The notes: generated by a model from the sequence alone, not told the origin. 64,000 nt of DNA from Candidatus Multivoradales bacterium (GCA_965223155.1 CBDCVR010000015.1:576001-640000); one strand, 5' to 3'. Shown: positions 8,911 to 19,436, numbered from the stretch's first letter. A program made the numbers and translations.

Positions 8911-10491
8911 CTAGTGAGCTCCAGCCTCGGCGTGCGTGGCCTCGTCGTTGACGGCTTCGGGCTGGCTGGCCTGAACGATGTCGACCACGTAGCCCACCGG
9001 CTTTTCCAGAATCCGGAAGAACGGGCGCGGATAGAGGCCGATCCAGAAGCACAGGATGACGAGCGGGATCAGATAGGCGAATTCGCGCTTGTTCAGATCC
9101 TCGAGCTCCTTGTTCTCGGGATTGTTGAGTGGTCCGAAAAAGACCCGCTGGTACATCCAGAGCATGTAGGCCGCGCCCAGGACGATGCCGATGGCGCCCA
9201 TGAGCGCCCACACCCAGTTGCGATTGAAGGCCCCGACCAGGATCGTGAACTCACCCACGAAGCCGTTCAAGGCTGGCAGACCGATCGAGGACATCGTGAT
9301 GATGAGGAAGATCGTCGCGAAGGCGGGCATGCGCGCCGAGATGCCTCCGTACTCCGCGATCATGCGCGTGTGGCGCCGTTCGTAGATGACGCCGACCAGG
9401 AGGAAGAGCGCGCCGGTCGAGATCCCGTGGTTGATCATCTGCAGAATGCTGCCGTTCAGTCCAGGACCGTTCAAGGCGAAAAGGCCGAGCATGACGAAGC
9501 CGAGGTGGCTCACCGACGAATAGGCGACGAGCTTCTTCATGTCTTTCTGGGCCATCGCCACCAGCGCCCCGTACAAGATCCCGATGATCGACAGCGCCGC
9601 CATCCAGGGCAGAAGCTCCCAGGTCGCGTCCGGCAGGATCGGCAAGGAGAAGCGCACGAAGCCGTAGGTGCCCATCTTCAGCAGAACGCCGGCCAGGATC
9701 ACGGAGCCCGCGGTCGGCGCTTCGACGTGAGCGTCGGGAAGCCAGGTGTGGAAGGGAAACATCGGCACCTTGATGGCGAACCCGACAAAGAACGCCAGGA
9801 AGATCCAGAACTGAAGATCCGGTGGAATGGCCTGGGCGATCTCGTGGAACTGCGGGATGAAGAAGCTCTTCTCGTTGGCCAGTCCATCCAGACCCAGGAG
9901 GCCGGTGGAGTTGTAGAAGTAGAGCGCCAGGATGCCGAGAAGCATCAGAACCGAGCCCACCAGGGTGTAGAGGAAGAACTTGATCGCCGCGTAGAGCTTG
10001 CGCGGTCCGCCCCAGATCCCGATCAGGAAGTACATCGGTACCAGCATGACTTCCCAGAAGACGTAGAACAGGAAGAAGTCCATCGCCATGAAGACACCCA
10101 GCATGCCGGTCTGAAGGAGCAGCATGAAAACGTAGTACTCCTTCTCCCGGGTCTCGATCGCCGACCAGGACGACAGGAAGGCCAGGACTCCCAGAAGAGT
10201 CGTCAGCAGAACCAGCAAGAGCGCGATGCCGTCGATGCCGAACTCGTAGCGAATCCCGAGACTCGAGATCCAGGAAGCGCTCTCGCGGAACTGGAAGAGA
10301 TCGCCGTCCCGCTCGAACGCGAACCAGAGCGGCAACGACACCAGAAAGTCGACCATGGCCACACCGGTGGCGAACCGGCGGATACCCCGCGCGCTCGAGC
10401 TCTTGAAGAAGAAGATCACCGCCAGAGCACCGGCAAGCGGTATGTAGCAGATGATGCTCAGAATCGGCAGAGAAGAAACCCAGTCGAACAT
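8911..10491 (-). CDS. nuoM: NADH-quinone oxidoreductase subunit M
   Basis: FYVFWEVMLVPMY, FAIKVPMFPFHTWLPDAHVEAP, KKLVAYSSVSH. Confidence 0.95.
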   Translation of the reverse strand: MFDWVSSLPILSIICYIPLAGALAVIFFFKSSSARGIRRFATGVAMVDFLVSLPLWFAFERDGDLFQFRESASWISSLGIRYEFGIDGIALLLVLLTTLLGVLAFLSSWSAIETREKEYYVFMLLLQTGMLGVFMAMDFFLFYVFWEVMLVPMYFLIGIWGGPRKLYAAIKFFLYTLVGSVLMLLGILALYFYNSTGLLGLDGLANEKSFFIPQFHEIAQAIPPDLQFWIFLAFFVGFAIKVPMFPFHTWLPDAHVEAPTAGSVILAGVLLKMGTYGFVRFSLPILPDATWELLPWMAALSIIGILYGALVAMAQKDMKKLVAYSSVSHLGFVMLGLFALNGPGLNGSILQMINHGISTGALFLLVGVIYERRHTRMIAEYGGISARMPAFATIFLIITMSSIGLPALNGFVGEFTILVGAFNRNWVWALMGAIGIVLGAAYMLWMYQRVFFGPLNNPENKELEDLNKREFAYLIPLVILCFWIGLYPRPFFRILEKPVGYVVDIVQASQPEAVNDEATHAEAGAH

Positions 10492-10525
10492 GCTCTAACT
10501 CCTAGGCGTAGGCTCGGACATCCGT

Positions 10526-12589
10526 CTAGCCCAGCCGCACGAACAGATAGAAGACACTCAAGATCAGCATTCCCACAGCGAGCACCATTGCGTACTGGGA
10601 AACCAGCCCGGTCTGAAGCGATCGGAAGAAGCGCGAGGCGAAGCTCATGACCGCGCCGGTCAGATTGACGAGCCCGTCCACGACGTACTTGTCGAAAAAA
10701 CCGGACAAGAGCGACACCCCCACGGTCACGTGCCGCGAGCCGTTGACCAGCACGCCGTCAATGAATCCGGCGTCGAAGCGAAAGAGGCTCCGGGCCGTCG
10801 CCCAGGCTCCGCGAACCACGGTGGCATCGTAGGCCTCATCCACCCAGTACTTGTTCTCGAGGGTTCGGTGAACGGCGGGGAAGCGTTCGGCCCAGCGCTG
10901 GCCCTCTTCCAGGCCCCGGTCCTTGTACAGCCGCCGGGCCAGGAAGATCCCGCCCAGCGCCACCGCCACCGACAGCGCCATCAACACCAGCTCCACCAGC
11001 ACCGGCGCGTGGTGGTGCTCGCCATGCCCCACGTCCGCCACCACCGGCTCCAGATAGTGCGCGAACACGTTCCAGTCGAACGAGCCCAGCTTCGGCAGGC
11101 CGATCCAGCCCGCAAGCACCGAGCCCACTGCCAGGATCGCCAGCGGCACCGTCATCACCCGCGGCGACTCGTGCAGGTGATGCCGCTGCTCGTCCGTGCC
11201 CCGGAACTCGCCCGAAAACGTCATGTAGATCAGCCGGAACATATAGAACGCCGTCAGCCCCGCGGTCACCAGACCCACCAGCCACAGCACCTTGTGCTCC
11301 CCGAAGACCGCCGCCAGGATCTGGTCCTTCGAGAAGAACCCGGCCAGGCCCGGCACCCCGGCGATCGCAAGCGCCCCCACCAGCATCGTCAGATACGTCA
11401 CCGGCAGCGCCTTCTTCAAGCCGCCCATCTTCGTCATGTCCTGCTCGCCGCTCATCGCGTGGATCACCGAGCCCGAGCCCAGAAACAGCAACGCCTTGAA
11501 GAACGCGTGCGTCCCCAGGTGGAACACCGCCGCCGTGTACGCGCCCACCCCCGCCGCCAGGAACATGTATCCGAGCTGCGACACCGTCGAGTACGCCAGG
11601 ACCTTCTTGATGTCCTTCTGCGCCAGGCCGATCGTGGCCGCGAACAGAGCCGTCAGCGCTCCGACTACCGCCACGAAGCCCGACACTCCGGGCGCGAGCT
11701 GGTAGAACGCGTTCGTGCGCACCACCATGTACACCCCGGCGGTCACCATCGTGGCCGCGTGGATCAGCGCCGAGACCGGCGTCGGGCCGGCCATCGCGTC
11801 CGGCAGCCACACGTAGAGCGGGATCTGGGCGCTCTTGCCCATCGCGCCCACAAAGAGACACAGGGCCACGAAGGCCGCGAACGACAGGCCCAGAAGATAG
11901 GGCTCGGTGACCGCGTGCGGGTCGGCCTCGACCGCCGAGAAGATCGTCCCGTAGTCGAGCGTCCCGAACCGGCTGGCCAGAGCGAACAGGCCCAAAAGAA
12001 ACGCGAAGTCCCCGATCCGGTTGACGATAAAGGCCTTCCGACCGGCGTAGGGCGGAAACTCTTCCTCGTAATAGAACCCGATCAAGAGATACGAGCACAG
12101 GCCCACCCCTTCCCAGCCCACGAAGGTCACCAGGAAGTTGTTGCCCAGGATCAAGAGCAGCATCGAGCCCATGAACAGGTTGAGGTACACGAAGTAGCGC
12201 TGGTACCCGCCCTCGTGCGCCATGTACCCGGCCGAGTAGACGTGGATCAGGAACCCCACGAACGTCACCACGAACAGCATCACCGACGACAGCGGATCCA
12301 GAAGGAAGCCCATCGGGATCTCGAGGCTCTTCCAGACCGACTCGCCGTGCCCGCCCCCTATCTCCATCCCACCGGCCGGCACCCACAGGTAGACGATCTT
12401 CTCGAAGGCCTCGCGACTGCCGCTCAGGAACTCGGCCAGGATGCCGAGGGAAAGCGCCAGTGCCGCCCCCACCGAGCCCAAGGCGATGGCATTGACCCCG
12501 GCCTTCGAGACCCGGTTGCGCAGCACCACGCCGTTGAGCAGAGCGCCCAAGAACGGCAGCACCGGAACCAGCCAGATGAGCTGCTTCAT
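10526..12589 (-). CDS. nuoL: NADH-quinone oxidoreductase subunit L
   Basis: GWEGVGLCSY, GKSAQIPLYVWLPDAMAGPTPVSALIHAATMV, HAFFKALLF. Confidence 0.95.
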   Translation of the reverse strand: MKQLIWLVPVLPFLGALLNGVVLRNRVSKAGVNAIALGSVGAALALSLGILAEFLSGSREAFEKIVYLWVPAGGMEIGGGHGESVWKSLEIPMGFLLDPLSSVMLFVVTFVGFLIHVYSAGYMAHEGGYQRYFVYLNLFMGSMLLLILGNNFLVTFVGWEGVGLCSYLLIGFYYEEEFPPYAGRKAFIVNRIGDFAFLLGLFALASRFGTLDYGTIFSAVEADPHAVTEPYLLGLSFAAFVALCLFVGAMGKSAQIPLYVWLPDAMAGPTPVSALIHAATMVTAGVYMVVRTNAFYQLAPGVSGFVAVVGALTALFAATIGLAQKDIKKVLAYSTVSQLGYMFLAAGVGAYTAAVFHLGTHAFFKALLFLGSGSVIHAMSGEQDMTKMGGLKKALPVTYLTMLVGALAIAGVPGLAGFFSKDQILAAVFGEHKVLWLVGLVTAGLTAFYMFRLIYMTFSGEFRGTDEQRHHLHESPRVMTVPLAILAVGSVLAGWIGLPKLGSFDWNVFAHYLEPVVADVGHGEHHHAPVLVELVLMALSVAVALGGIFLARRLYKDRGLEEGQRWAERFPAVHRTLENKYWVDEAYDATVVRGAWATARSLFRFDAGFIDGVLVNGSRHVTVGVSLLSGFFDKYVVDGLVNLTGAVMSFASRFFRSLQTGLVSQYAMVLAVGMLILSVFYLFVRLG

Positions 12590-12894
12590 CCTTCGAGCTC
12601 CGTGGCGCTATCCAGATGGGTCGTGCCGCGCAGGCGGAACAAGGCCAGCAGGATGCCGAGCCCGACCGCGGCCTCACCCGCGGCGACCGCGATCGTGAAG
12701 ATCGTGAAGATCTGGCCGGTCAGGTCGGCCAGTTGGTAGGAGAAGGCGATCAGGTTGAGGTTGACGGCGTTGAGCACCAGCTCGAGCGACATCAGGACCG
12801 TGATCATGTTGCGCCGCGTGAGAACACCGGTCAGCCCGATCGCGAAGAGCAAGAAGCTCACGATCAGATAGTGCTGGGTGGTGATCTCGAGCAA
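12586..12894 (-). CDS. nuoK: NADH-quinone oxidoreductase subunit K
   Basis: C-terminal part of ORF 12586..13443; TTG at 12894 after AGGA; RRN..LMSLELVLN and AVAAGEAAVGL. Confidence 0.9.
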   Translation of the reverse strand: MLEITTQHYLIVSFLLFAIGLTGVLTRRNMITVLMSLELVLNAVNLNLIAFSYQLADLTGQIFTIFTIAVAAGEAAVGLGILLALFRLRGTTHLDSATELEG

Positions 12895-12896
12895 GG

Positions 12897-13430
12897 CTAG
12901 TCCTTCCTCCCCAGCACCACCGCGCCGATCATCGCCACCAGCAGAAAGACCGAGACGATCTCGAAGGGCAAGAGGTAGTCGCGATAGAGGCTCCAGGCCA
13001 CGGCCTCGGTGTTGCCAACGACTTCGCCACCGACCGAAGTAAACGCCTCCGGCGAGCCGGCGGCGCCGCCCAGCTCCGCACCCAGAAACAGGGTCACGAA
13101 GACGCCGACCAGAAGCAGCGTAATCAGCACCGCCAGGCGAGCGTTGACGCCGAACATCGCGGTTTCTTGAAGCTGGTGCAGGTTGATCAGCATGATGACG
13201 AAGAGAAACAGGACCATGATGCCGCCGGCGTAGACGAACACCTGGACCACGGCCACGAATTCGGCGTGCCGGAGCAGGAACAAGGCGGCGACCGCCAGAA
13301 AGCTCACCAGGAGGGCGAACGCCCCGTACATGGGATTGCGCTGGGTGACGACACCCAGGGCTCCAAGAACCGCCACCGCGGCGAAGAAATAGAAGAGAAG
13401 CGCCGGCCCGTGGGCGGTCAGGAACTCCAA
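12897..13430 (-). CDS. nuoJ: NADH-quinone oxidoreductase subunit J
   Basis: AEFVAVVQVFVYAGGIMVLFLFVIML, PFEIVS; AGGAGG RBS before the TTG start. Confidence 0.93.
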   Translation of the reverse strand: MEFLTAHGPALLFYFFAAVAVLGALGVVTQRNPMYGAFALLVSFLAVAALFLLRHAEFVAVVQVFVYAGGIMVLFLFVIMLINLHQLQETAMFGVNARLAVLITLLLVGVFVTLFLGAELGGAAGSPEAFTSVGGEVVGNTEAVAWSLYRDYLLPFEIVSVFLLVAMIGAVVLGRKD

Positions 13431-13575
13431 GCGACCTCCTCAAGAGCCATAGCCGCCATCGAGCGCAAAGACGAGAAGCGATCGACGCTCGTCGCGCGCG
13501 CTGCAGGCAACGGGGAACCGACTCTGCGCCCTGATGAGCACGATGTGTGCTTCAGATCCTTCCACCCGAGCCGAC

Positions 13576-13618
13576 GACTCGCTGCGGCGTACTCAGAGTA
13601 CGCCGCAAGCGCGGAGTC
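13576..13618. repeat. palindromic hairpin in the nuoI-nuoJ spacer
   Basis: Perfect TGCGGCGTACTC-A-GAGTACGCCGCA (13583-13607), extendable to GACTC..GAGTC. Confidence 0.75.
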
Positions 13619-13656
13619 CGCGAGGACGGGGCAAGACGGCGTGCTATCCGCGTGCC

Positions 13657-14156
<500 letters not shown>

Positions 14157-14157
<1 letters not shown>

Positions 14158-15239
14158 CAGGTGAGCACCTTGACCAGGCCGGTGGCGAAAACGTTGACCA
14201 AAGACAGCGGGATCAGCCACTTCCAGCCCAGGTCCATCAGTTGATCGAACCGGTAGCGCGGGAACGTGCCGCGAAACCAGATGTAGACAAACAGAAAGCC
14301 GAAGAGCTTGACCGAGAACCAGATCAGGCCGACCACCCCCGGGGGCAAGAACGACAGCTCCAGAAAGGACAGAGCCTCGACGTTCGGGAACGGCCGCAGC
14401 CAGCCGCCGAAGAACAGAGTGACCGCCACCGACGAGATCACGATCATGTTGGCGTATTCGCCCAGGAAAAAGAGGGCGAAGCGCATGCCGGTGTACTCGG
14501 TGTGGAACCCGGCCACCAGCTCGGACTCGGCTTCGGGCAGATCGAAGGGATTGCGATTGGACTCGGCCACCCCGGCCACCATGAAGATGAAGAAGGCCAC
14601 GATCTGAGGCACCACGTACCAGACGCCCGCCGCGCGCTGGGCCTCGACGATGCCGGTCAGGGACAGGGTGCCCGCGAGCATGATCGGGCCCACCAGGGCG
14701 AATCCCTGGGGCACTTCGTAGGAGATCATCTGCGCCGCCGAGCGCAGCCCCCCCAGGAGCGAGAACTTGGAATTCGAGGCCCAGCCGCCGATGATGATGC
14801 CGTAGACCCCGATCGTCGCCATCGCCACCACAAAGAGGAGGCCGACGTTGACGTCGGTGATCACGAACGAGAGACGGCCGGCGTCGGCCGCCGGCGGCCC
14901 GAAGGGAATCACCGAGAAGATGATGAAGGCCGGCGCCACCACCAGGCAGGGAGCCAGGACGAACGCCCACTTGACCGCGCGGACAGGGATCACGTCTTCC
15001 TTGACCAGGAGCTTCATGATGTCCGCGATGGGCTGGAGCAGACCCCAGGGGCCGACCCGGTTGGGGCCGACCCGAACCTGCATGAAGCCCAGGATCTTGC
15101 GCTCGGCCAAGACCAGGTAGCTGATCAGAGGCAGAACGCCCAGAAACAAGAGGGCGGCGATCTTGAGCGCCGGCGACAGCGCGTAGTAGAAGAGCGTCGG
15201 GCCGAGGGCCTCGAGCGCGCCTGCGAGCGGAGCCGGCAT
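14157..15239 (-). CDS. nuoH: NADH-quinone oxidoreductase subunit H
   Basis: ERK..GFMQVRVGPNRVGP, PFDLPEAESELVAG, PRYRFDQL; ATG 15239 overlaps the nuoD stop. Confidence 0.95.
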
Positions 15240-16378
15240 CAGCGGTCGATCTCCCCCAAAACGATGTCCGCGGTGCCGATGATGGCGACCAGGTCGGCAA
15301 CCAACTGGCCGCGCGCGAGCTCCGGCACCGCCTGCATGTTCATGAACGAAGGCGCCCGCACGTGGCACCGGTAGGGCTTGGGCGTGCCGTCCCCGACGAG
15401 GTAGAACCCGATCTCGCCCTTGGGCCCTTCGATCGAGAAATAGGTCTCGCTGTCCTTGGGAGCCTTCAATACCCGCGGCCGCTTGGCCATGATCGCTCCC
15501 TCGGGCAAGGCGTCCAGGCACTGCTGGACGATCTTGACCGACTGGCGCATCTCTTCCATACGCACCAGATAGCGATCGTAGGTGTCGCCGTTGTAGGCCA
15601 CCGGCACCTCGAAGTCGACCTCGCCGTAGGCCTCGTAGGGGGCCGACTTGCGAATGTCCCAATCGATGCCGCTGGCGCGAAGCATCGGGCCGGTGACCCC
15701 GTACTCCTGGGCCACGTCCGGGTCGAGCACGCCGACCCCCACCGTCCGCTTCTTCCAGATGCGGTTGTTGGTCAGGAGCCCCTCGTACTCATCGACCTTC
15801 TCCGGAAAGGAGTCGATGAACTCGCGGCACCGGTCCGTCCAGCCCACCGTCAAGTCGTAGGGCTGTCCGCCCGGACGCATGCAGTTCAAGGTCAGCCGGG
15901 CGCCGCAGTACTCCTCGAAGAGATCCAGGATGACCTCACGCTCGCGGAAGCAGTAAAAGAACGGGGTCATGGCGCCGATGTCGATGGCGTGCGTCGCCAG
16001 CCACAGAAGATGACTGGAGATGCGCTGGAGCTCGCACAGGAGGGTCCGGATGTAGCGCGCCCGCGGCGGTGTCGTGAGCCCGATGAGCTTCTCGACCGCG
16101 CCCACGTAGGCCAGGTTGTTGGTCGCGGCCGCGACGTAGTCCATGCGATCCGTGTGTGGCACGTTCTGGAAGTACGGATGGAGCTCGAAGAGCTTCTCGG
16201 TGCCGCGATGGAGGTAGCCGATCACCGGATAGCAGTCGATGATGCGCTCGCCGTCGACCTTCAACTTGAGCCGCAGAACGCCGTGGGTCGAAGGATGCTG
16301 GGGCCCGAAATTGAGCTCCATCTCCTCGACGTCGAAGAGCGTCTCGGGCGGCTTGACGGTGGCGATGGGCTCGGTCAT
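15239..16378 (-). CDS. nuoD: NADH-quinone oxidoreductase subunit D
   Basis: NFGPQHPSTHGVLR, GYLHRGTEK, C-terminal GEIDR. Confidence 0.95.
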   Translation of the reverse strand: MTEPIATVKPPETLFDVEEMELNFGPQHPSTHGVLRLKLKVDGERIIDCYPVIGYLHRGTEKLFELHPYFQNVPHTDRMDYVAAATNNLAYVGAVEKLIGLTTPPRARYIRTLLCELQRISSHLLWLATHAIDIGAMTPFFYCFREREVILDLFEEYCGARLTLNCMRPGGQPYDLTVGWTDRCREFIDSFPEKVDEYEGLLTNNRIWKKRTVGVGVLDPDVAQEYGVTGPMLRASGIDWDIRKSAPYEAYGEVDFEVPVAYNGDTYDRYLVRMEEMRQSVKIVQQCLDALPEGAIMAKRPRVLKAPKDSETYFSIEGPKGEIGFYLVGDGTPKPYRCHVRAPSFMNMQAVPELARGQLVADLVAIIGTADIVLGEIDR

Positions 16379-17265
16379 GTGGACTCTCCAGCGGCTTCGT
16401 CCGGCGCGGTCTCGCCGCCGCCGGCCGCCTCCTCGGGAGCGGGCGGCTCGGGCGGTTTCCAGCCGGTGCCCGTGCCGGCCACCGGCCCCGCCTCGTCCTC
16501 GTAGTACTCGGGATAGATCGCCGCGCCCGTGTCGATGCCCTCGATGGGAAAGTCCTTTCTGAGCGGGAAGCCGTTGAATCCCTCCCAGAGCAGGATCCGG
16601 GTCATGTCGGGGTGCTCGGCGAAGCGCACGCCGTACATGTCGTAGATCTCGCGCTCGCACCAGTCGGCGCCCCGCCAGACCGGGATCACCGTGGGCACCT
16701 CGTCGCCCTCGCCCACCCGCACCTTGAGCCGCACCCGGCGGTTCTTGCCAACGCTGTAGAGGTGGTAGACGACCTCGAAGCGCTCGTCCTCGCGCTTGGG
16801 ATAGTCGACTCCGCAGATATCCACGAGCAGACCGAAGCCGTCCTCCTTCAACCGCTCGCACGCCGTCCGGATCCGGTCCCGGCGTACGTCGATCTCGAGC
16901 TCGTCGCCTCGCCGGCGCGCCTCGAGCACCGCCTCCGTGTCCTGTTCGATGAGTGCCGCGACCAACTCGTCACCGGCGGCATCCTCGACCGCCGGAGCGG
17001 CCGGATCCCGCTCCCACGGGGGCTTTGCGGCTTCCTCGGCCGCCTTCTTGGCCTTGGCCGCCGCCAGGGCCTTGGCCTTGGCTTCAGCTTTCGCCTTGGC
17101 GGCCGCGGCTTCGTCGGCAGCTTCTTTGGCGGCGGCTTCGGGCGCGGGCGAATCGCCGGAAGCAGCCTGGCCGGGACCCTCTTCGGGAACCGCCTCGTCC
17201 CGACTCTCCGAAACCTCGTCCGGAGTCTCGTCCGGAGCGTCGGGCTGCTTGGTGTCGTCGCTCAT
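16375..17265 (-). CDS. nuoC: NADH-quinone oxidoreductase subunit C with low-complexity N-terminal extension
   Basis: RFEVVYHL, WCEREIYDMYG..F..HPD, PLRKDFP. Confidence 0.9.
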   Translation of the reverse strand: MSDDTKQPDAPDETPDEVSESRDEAVPEEGPGQAASGDSPAPEAAAKEAADEAAAAKAKAEAKAKALAAAKAKKAAEEAAKPPWERDPAAPAVEDAAGDELVAALIEQDTEAVLEARRRGDELEIDVRRDRIRTACERLKEDGFGLLVDICGVDYPKREDERFEVVYHLYSVGKNRRVRLKVRVGEGDEVPTVIPVWRGADWCEREIYDMYGVRFAEHPDMTRILLWEGFNGFPLRKDFPIEGIDTGAAIYPEYYEDEAGPVAGTGTGWKPPEPPAPEEAAGGGETAPDEAAGEST

Positions 17266-17280
17266 CGAGGCTTCGGATTC

Positions 17281-17793
17281 CTAGGCCAGGGTCTGGCCCA
17301 CCAGCAGGCGCTCGTTCTTGGTGTCGACCACCGACATCCGGTCGATCTTGCGCTGCAGGTGGAGCAAGCCCCAGAGCAGCGCCTCGGGGCGAGGCGGGCA
17401 GCCCGGGACGTAGACGTCCACCGGGATCACGCGATCGACGCCCTGGGTCACGGCATAGGTTCGGTAGGGGCCGCCGCAGGTGGCGCAGGCGCCCATGGCG
17501 ATCGCCCACTTGGGCTCGGGCATCTGATCCCAAAGCCGGCGGACGATCGGCGCCATCTTCTCGGTCACCGTGCCGGCGACGATCATCAGGTCGCTCTGCC
17601 GCGGACTGGCGCGGAAGACCTCGGCTCCGAAGCGGGACATGTCATGGCGCGGATCCAGCACCGCCATCATCTCGATGGCGCAGCAGGCCAAGCCGAACTG
17701 CATGGGCCAGATCGCCGACCGGCGAGCCCAGTTGAAGATCTTGTCGTAGGTCGTGGTCAGGACGTTCGCGTTGACCTCGTCCCTTACGCCCAA
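17281..17793 (-). CDS. nuoB: NADH-quinone oxidoreductase subunit B
   Basis: [25 protein letters not shown]; TTG start overlapping the nuoA end, GGGGAG RBS. Confidence 0.93.
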   Translation of the reverse strand: MGVRDEVNANVLTTTYDKIFNWARRSAIWPMQFGLACCAIEMMAVLDPRHDMSRFGAEVFRASPRQSDLMIVAGTVTEKMAPIVRRLWDQMPEPKWAIAMGACATCGGPYRTYAVTQGVDRVIPVDVYVPGCPPRPEALLWGLLHLQRKIDRMSVVDTKNERLLVGQTLA

Positions 17794-18140
17794 TTCAAAG
17801 CTCCCCGCCGCCAGACGTAGACGTAGCCGATCACCAGGATTCCGAGAAACACCATCATCTCGATGAACCCGAAGAGCGCCAGACGGTCGAACATCACCGC
17901 CCACGGAAACAGAAAGATCGTCTCGACGTCGAAGATCACGAACAGCACGGCGATCAGGTAGTAGCGCACCGAAAACCGGTGGTCATGCGCCAAGCTGTCC
18001 GGCTCGTTGCCGCACTCGTAGGGCTCGCGGTTGGTGGTCCCCCGGCCGCCGTGCCGGAACAGCCGTGCCGCGATCAGCGACACCGCCAGAAACAGCGCCG
18101 CGATGACGGCGAAGACCAGTATGGGGAGGTAACTTTCCAT
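17784..18140 (-). CDS. nuoA: NADH-quinone oxidoreductase subunit A
   Basis: [27 protein letters not shown]; 118 aa from ATG 18140 (GTG 18158 is an alternative). Confidence 0.92.
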   Translation of the reverse strand: MESYLPILVFAVIAALFLAVSLIAARLFRHGGRGTTNREPYECGNEPDSLAHDHRFSVRYYLIAVLFVIFDVETIFLFPWAVMFDRLALFGFIEMMVFLGILVIGYVYVWRRGALNWA

Positions 18141-18212
18141 CCAAACTGCCGAGGTCACACAACGGTCGTTGGGGCCTGCGACTCGGCGTACGAAACTGCC
18201 CGGAGCGCCGTA

Positions 18213-18240
18213 ATTCTACCGATGGGCTCCACCCTGTCAA
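18213..18240 (-). promoter_or_regulatory. sigma70-type promoter of the nuo operon
   Basis: Minus strand TTGACA(18240-18235)-N16-TAGAAT(18218-18213), overlapping the stop of the upstream methyltransferase gene. Confidence 0.65.
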
Positions 18241-19364
18241 GAAACGGCGGAAGGCCCGATCAGGCTCTCTTCGAAGAGCTCCCGGCGGCCGGCCGAAGAC
18301 AGACCGCGAGACTGCACGAGCACCCGGATCTCCTCGCCCATGCCGTCCAGCCGCAGGAGCTCCATGGCGTCCAGCCGGGCCTGGTGGCGACTGTCTCCAT
18401 CACCCGCATTGGCCTCCTCGCCCGTACCCGCCTCGAGCTCCCGAAAAAGCCCGTTGGCCGCGAGCCAGGCGGCCTGCCGCGTCCAGGCCACGGTCTCGAG
18501 ACCCTCGGCCTCGCCGGCCTCGATCAGGGCCGAAAAGTCGACGTGCGCGGTCAGATCCTGGCGTCCGGCGTCGGCCAGAACGTTCCGATGGACGCGATGA
18601 CCGTAGTAGGAGGCCAGGGTACCGTGCCTACGAACCCGGGGATCGAAGAGGCTCTCGCGCTCAAAGCCGTAGTCGCAGGTCACCAGGAGACCGCGTTCGA
18701 GCTTGCGGGCCAGCTCCCGGTAGAGCGCGCCCCAGTCCGCGACGTCCGCGATCTGCCCCTCAACAAGCTCCGACCCGATCCGGGAAGCCAGCTCCGGCGG
18801 CGCCGGTCCGCCCTCCCGCCAGGCGAACGCACCATCCTGCCAGTCCACCAGAACCTCCCGGACCTCGCCGTCTCTCCAGAGCAGACGATCCACCGCCAGG
18901 GCGTCGAAGAGCTCGTAGGAGAAGACCAGACCCACGACGGGGGGCTCGACCTCGGCGAGGCGCTCGAGATACCGGACGCCCGGATCGGCGGGCGCGTTGT
19001 TCGAGGCAGCCGACGAAGCGGGCGGCAGTGCCCCGCCACCGCGCTCGACTCCTATCAGACGCCGGCCCGGAGCCGCCCCGGCCACGACGCCAAGGTGCCG
19101 GCCGGAGCCATAGCCGACCTCTAGATAGTCCGACGGCCGACCCAGCACCGAGTCCAACCGGCGGAGCAGGCCGGCCGTGGTCCTGCCGAAGAGGTCCGAG
19201 TAGCTCGAACCGGTGATGAAATCCGCACCTTTACCGATCGGGGAGACCGGCCCGGCGTAGTAGCCGCCCTCTCCGTACAGAGCTTCCTCCATGAACTCGG
19301 AAAAGCGGATCGGGCCATCACCCCGGATGCGCTCGCGGAGACGACCTTCGGGAGTCGAGGGCAT
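18237..19364 (-). CDS. SAM-dependent methyltransferase, NDUFAF7/MidA (DUF185) family
   Basis: GPIRFSEFMEEALY..GYY, GADFIT, EVGYGSG, ELFDAL, DYG, QDLTAHVDF motifs. Confidence 0.88.
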   Translation of the reverse strand: MPSTPEGRLRERIRGDGPIRFSEFMEEALYGEGGYYAGPVSPIGKGADFITGSSYSDLFGRTTAGLLRRLDSVLGRPSDYLEVGYGSGRHLGVVAGAAPGRRLIGVERGGGALPPASSAASNNAPADPGVRYLERLAEVEPPVVGLVFSYELFDALAVDRLLWRDGEVREVLVDWQDGAFAWREGGPAPPELASRIGSELVEGQIADVADWGALYRELARKLERGLLVTCDYGFERESLFDPRVRRHGTLASYYGHRVHRNVLADAGRQDLTAHVDFSALIEAGEAEGLETVAWTRQAAWLAANGLFRELEAGTGEEANAGDGDSRHQARLDAMELLRLDGMGEEIRVLVQSRGLSSAGRRELFEESLIGPSAVS

Positions 19365-19436
19365 CTCTCAAGTATCTCGCACAGAGCGAGCTGGAGAACG
19401 CCCACTCCGTGCCGACTGGCGGCGGCCGCAGGGCAT

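Noticed and set aside
8914-12739. Long opposite-strand and alternate-frame ORFs over the nuo genes (578, 669 and 613 aa), and similar ones over the pur, Omp85 and topA genes
   Set aside because: Shadow ORFs expected from high GC3 codon bias; low-complexity R/G/A/P/H translations without motifs.
13531-13560. Hammerhead ribozyme suggested by CTGATGA plus a stem (also at about 24136)
   Set aside because: The required GAAA after stem II is missing in both places.
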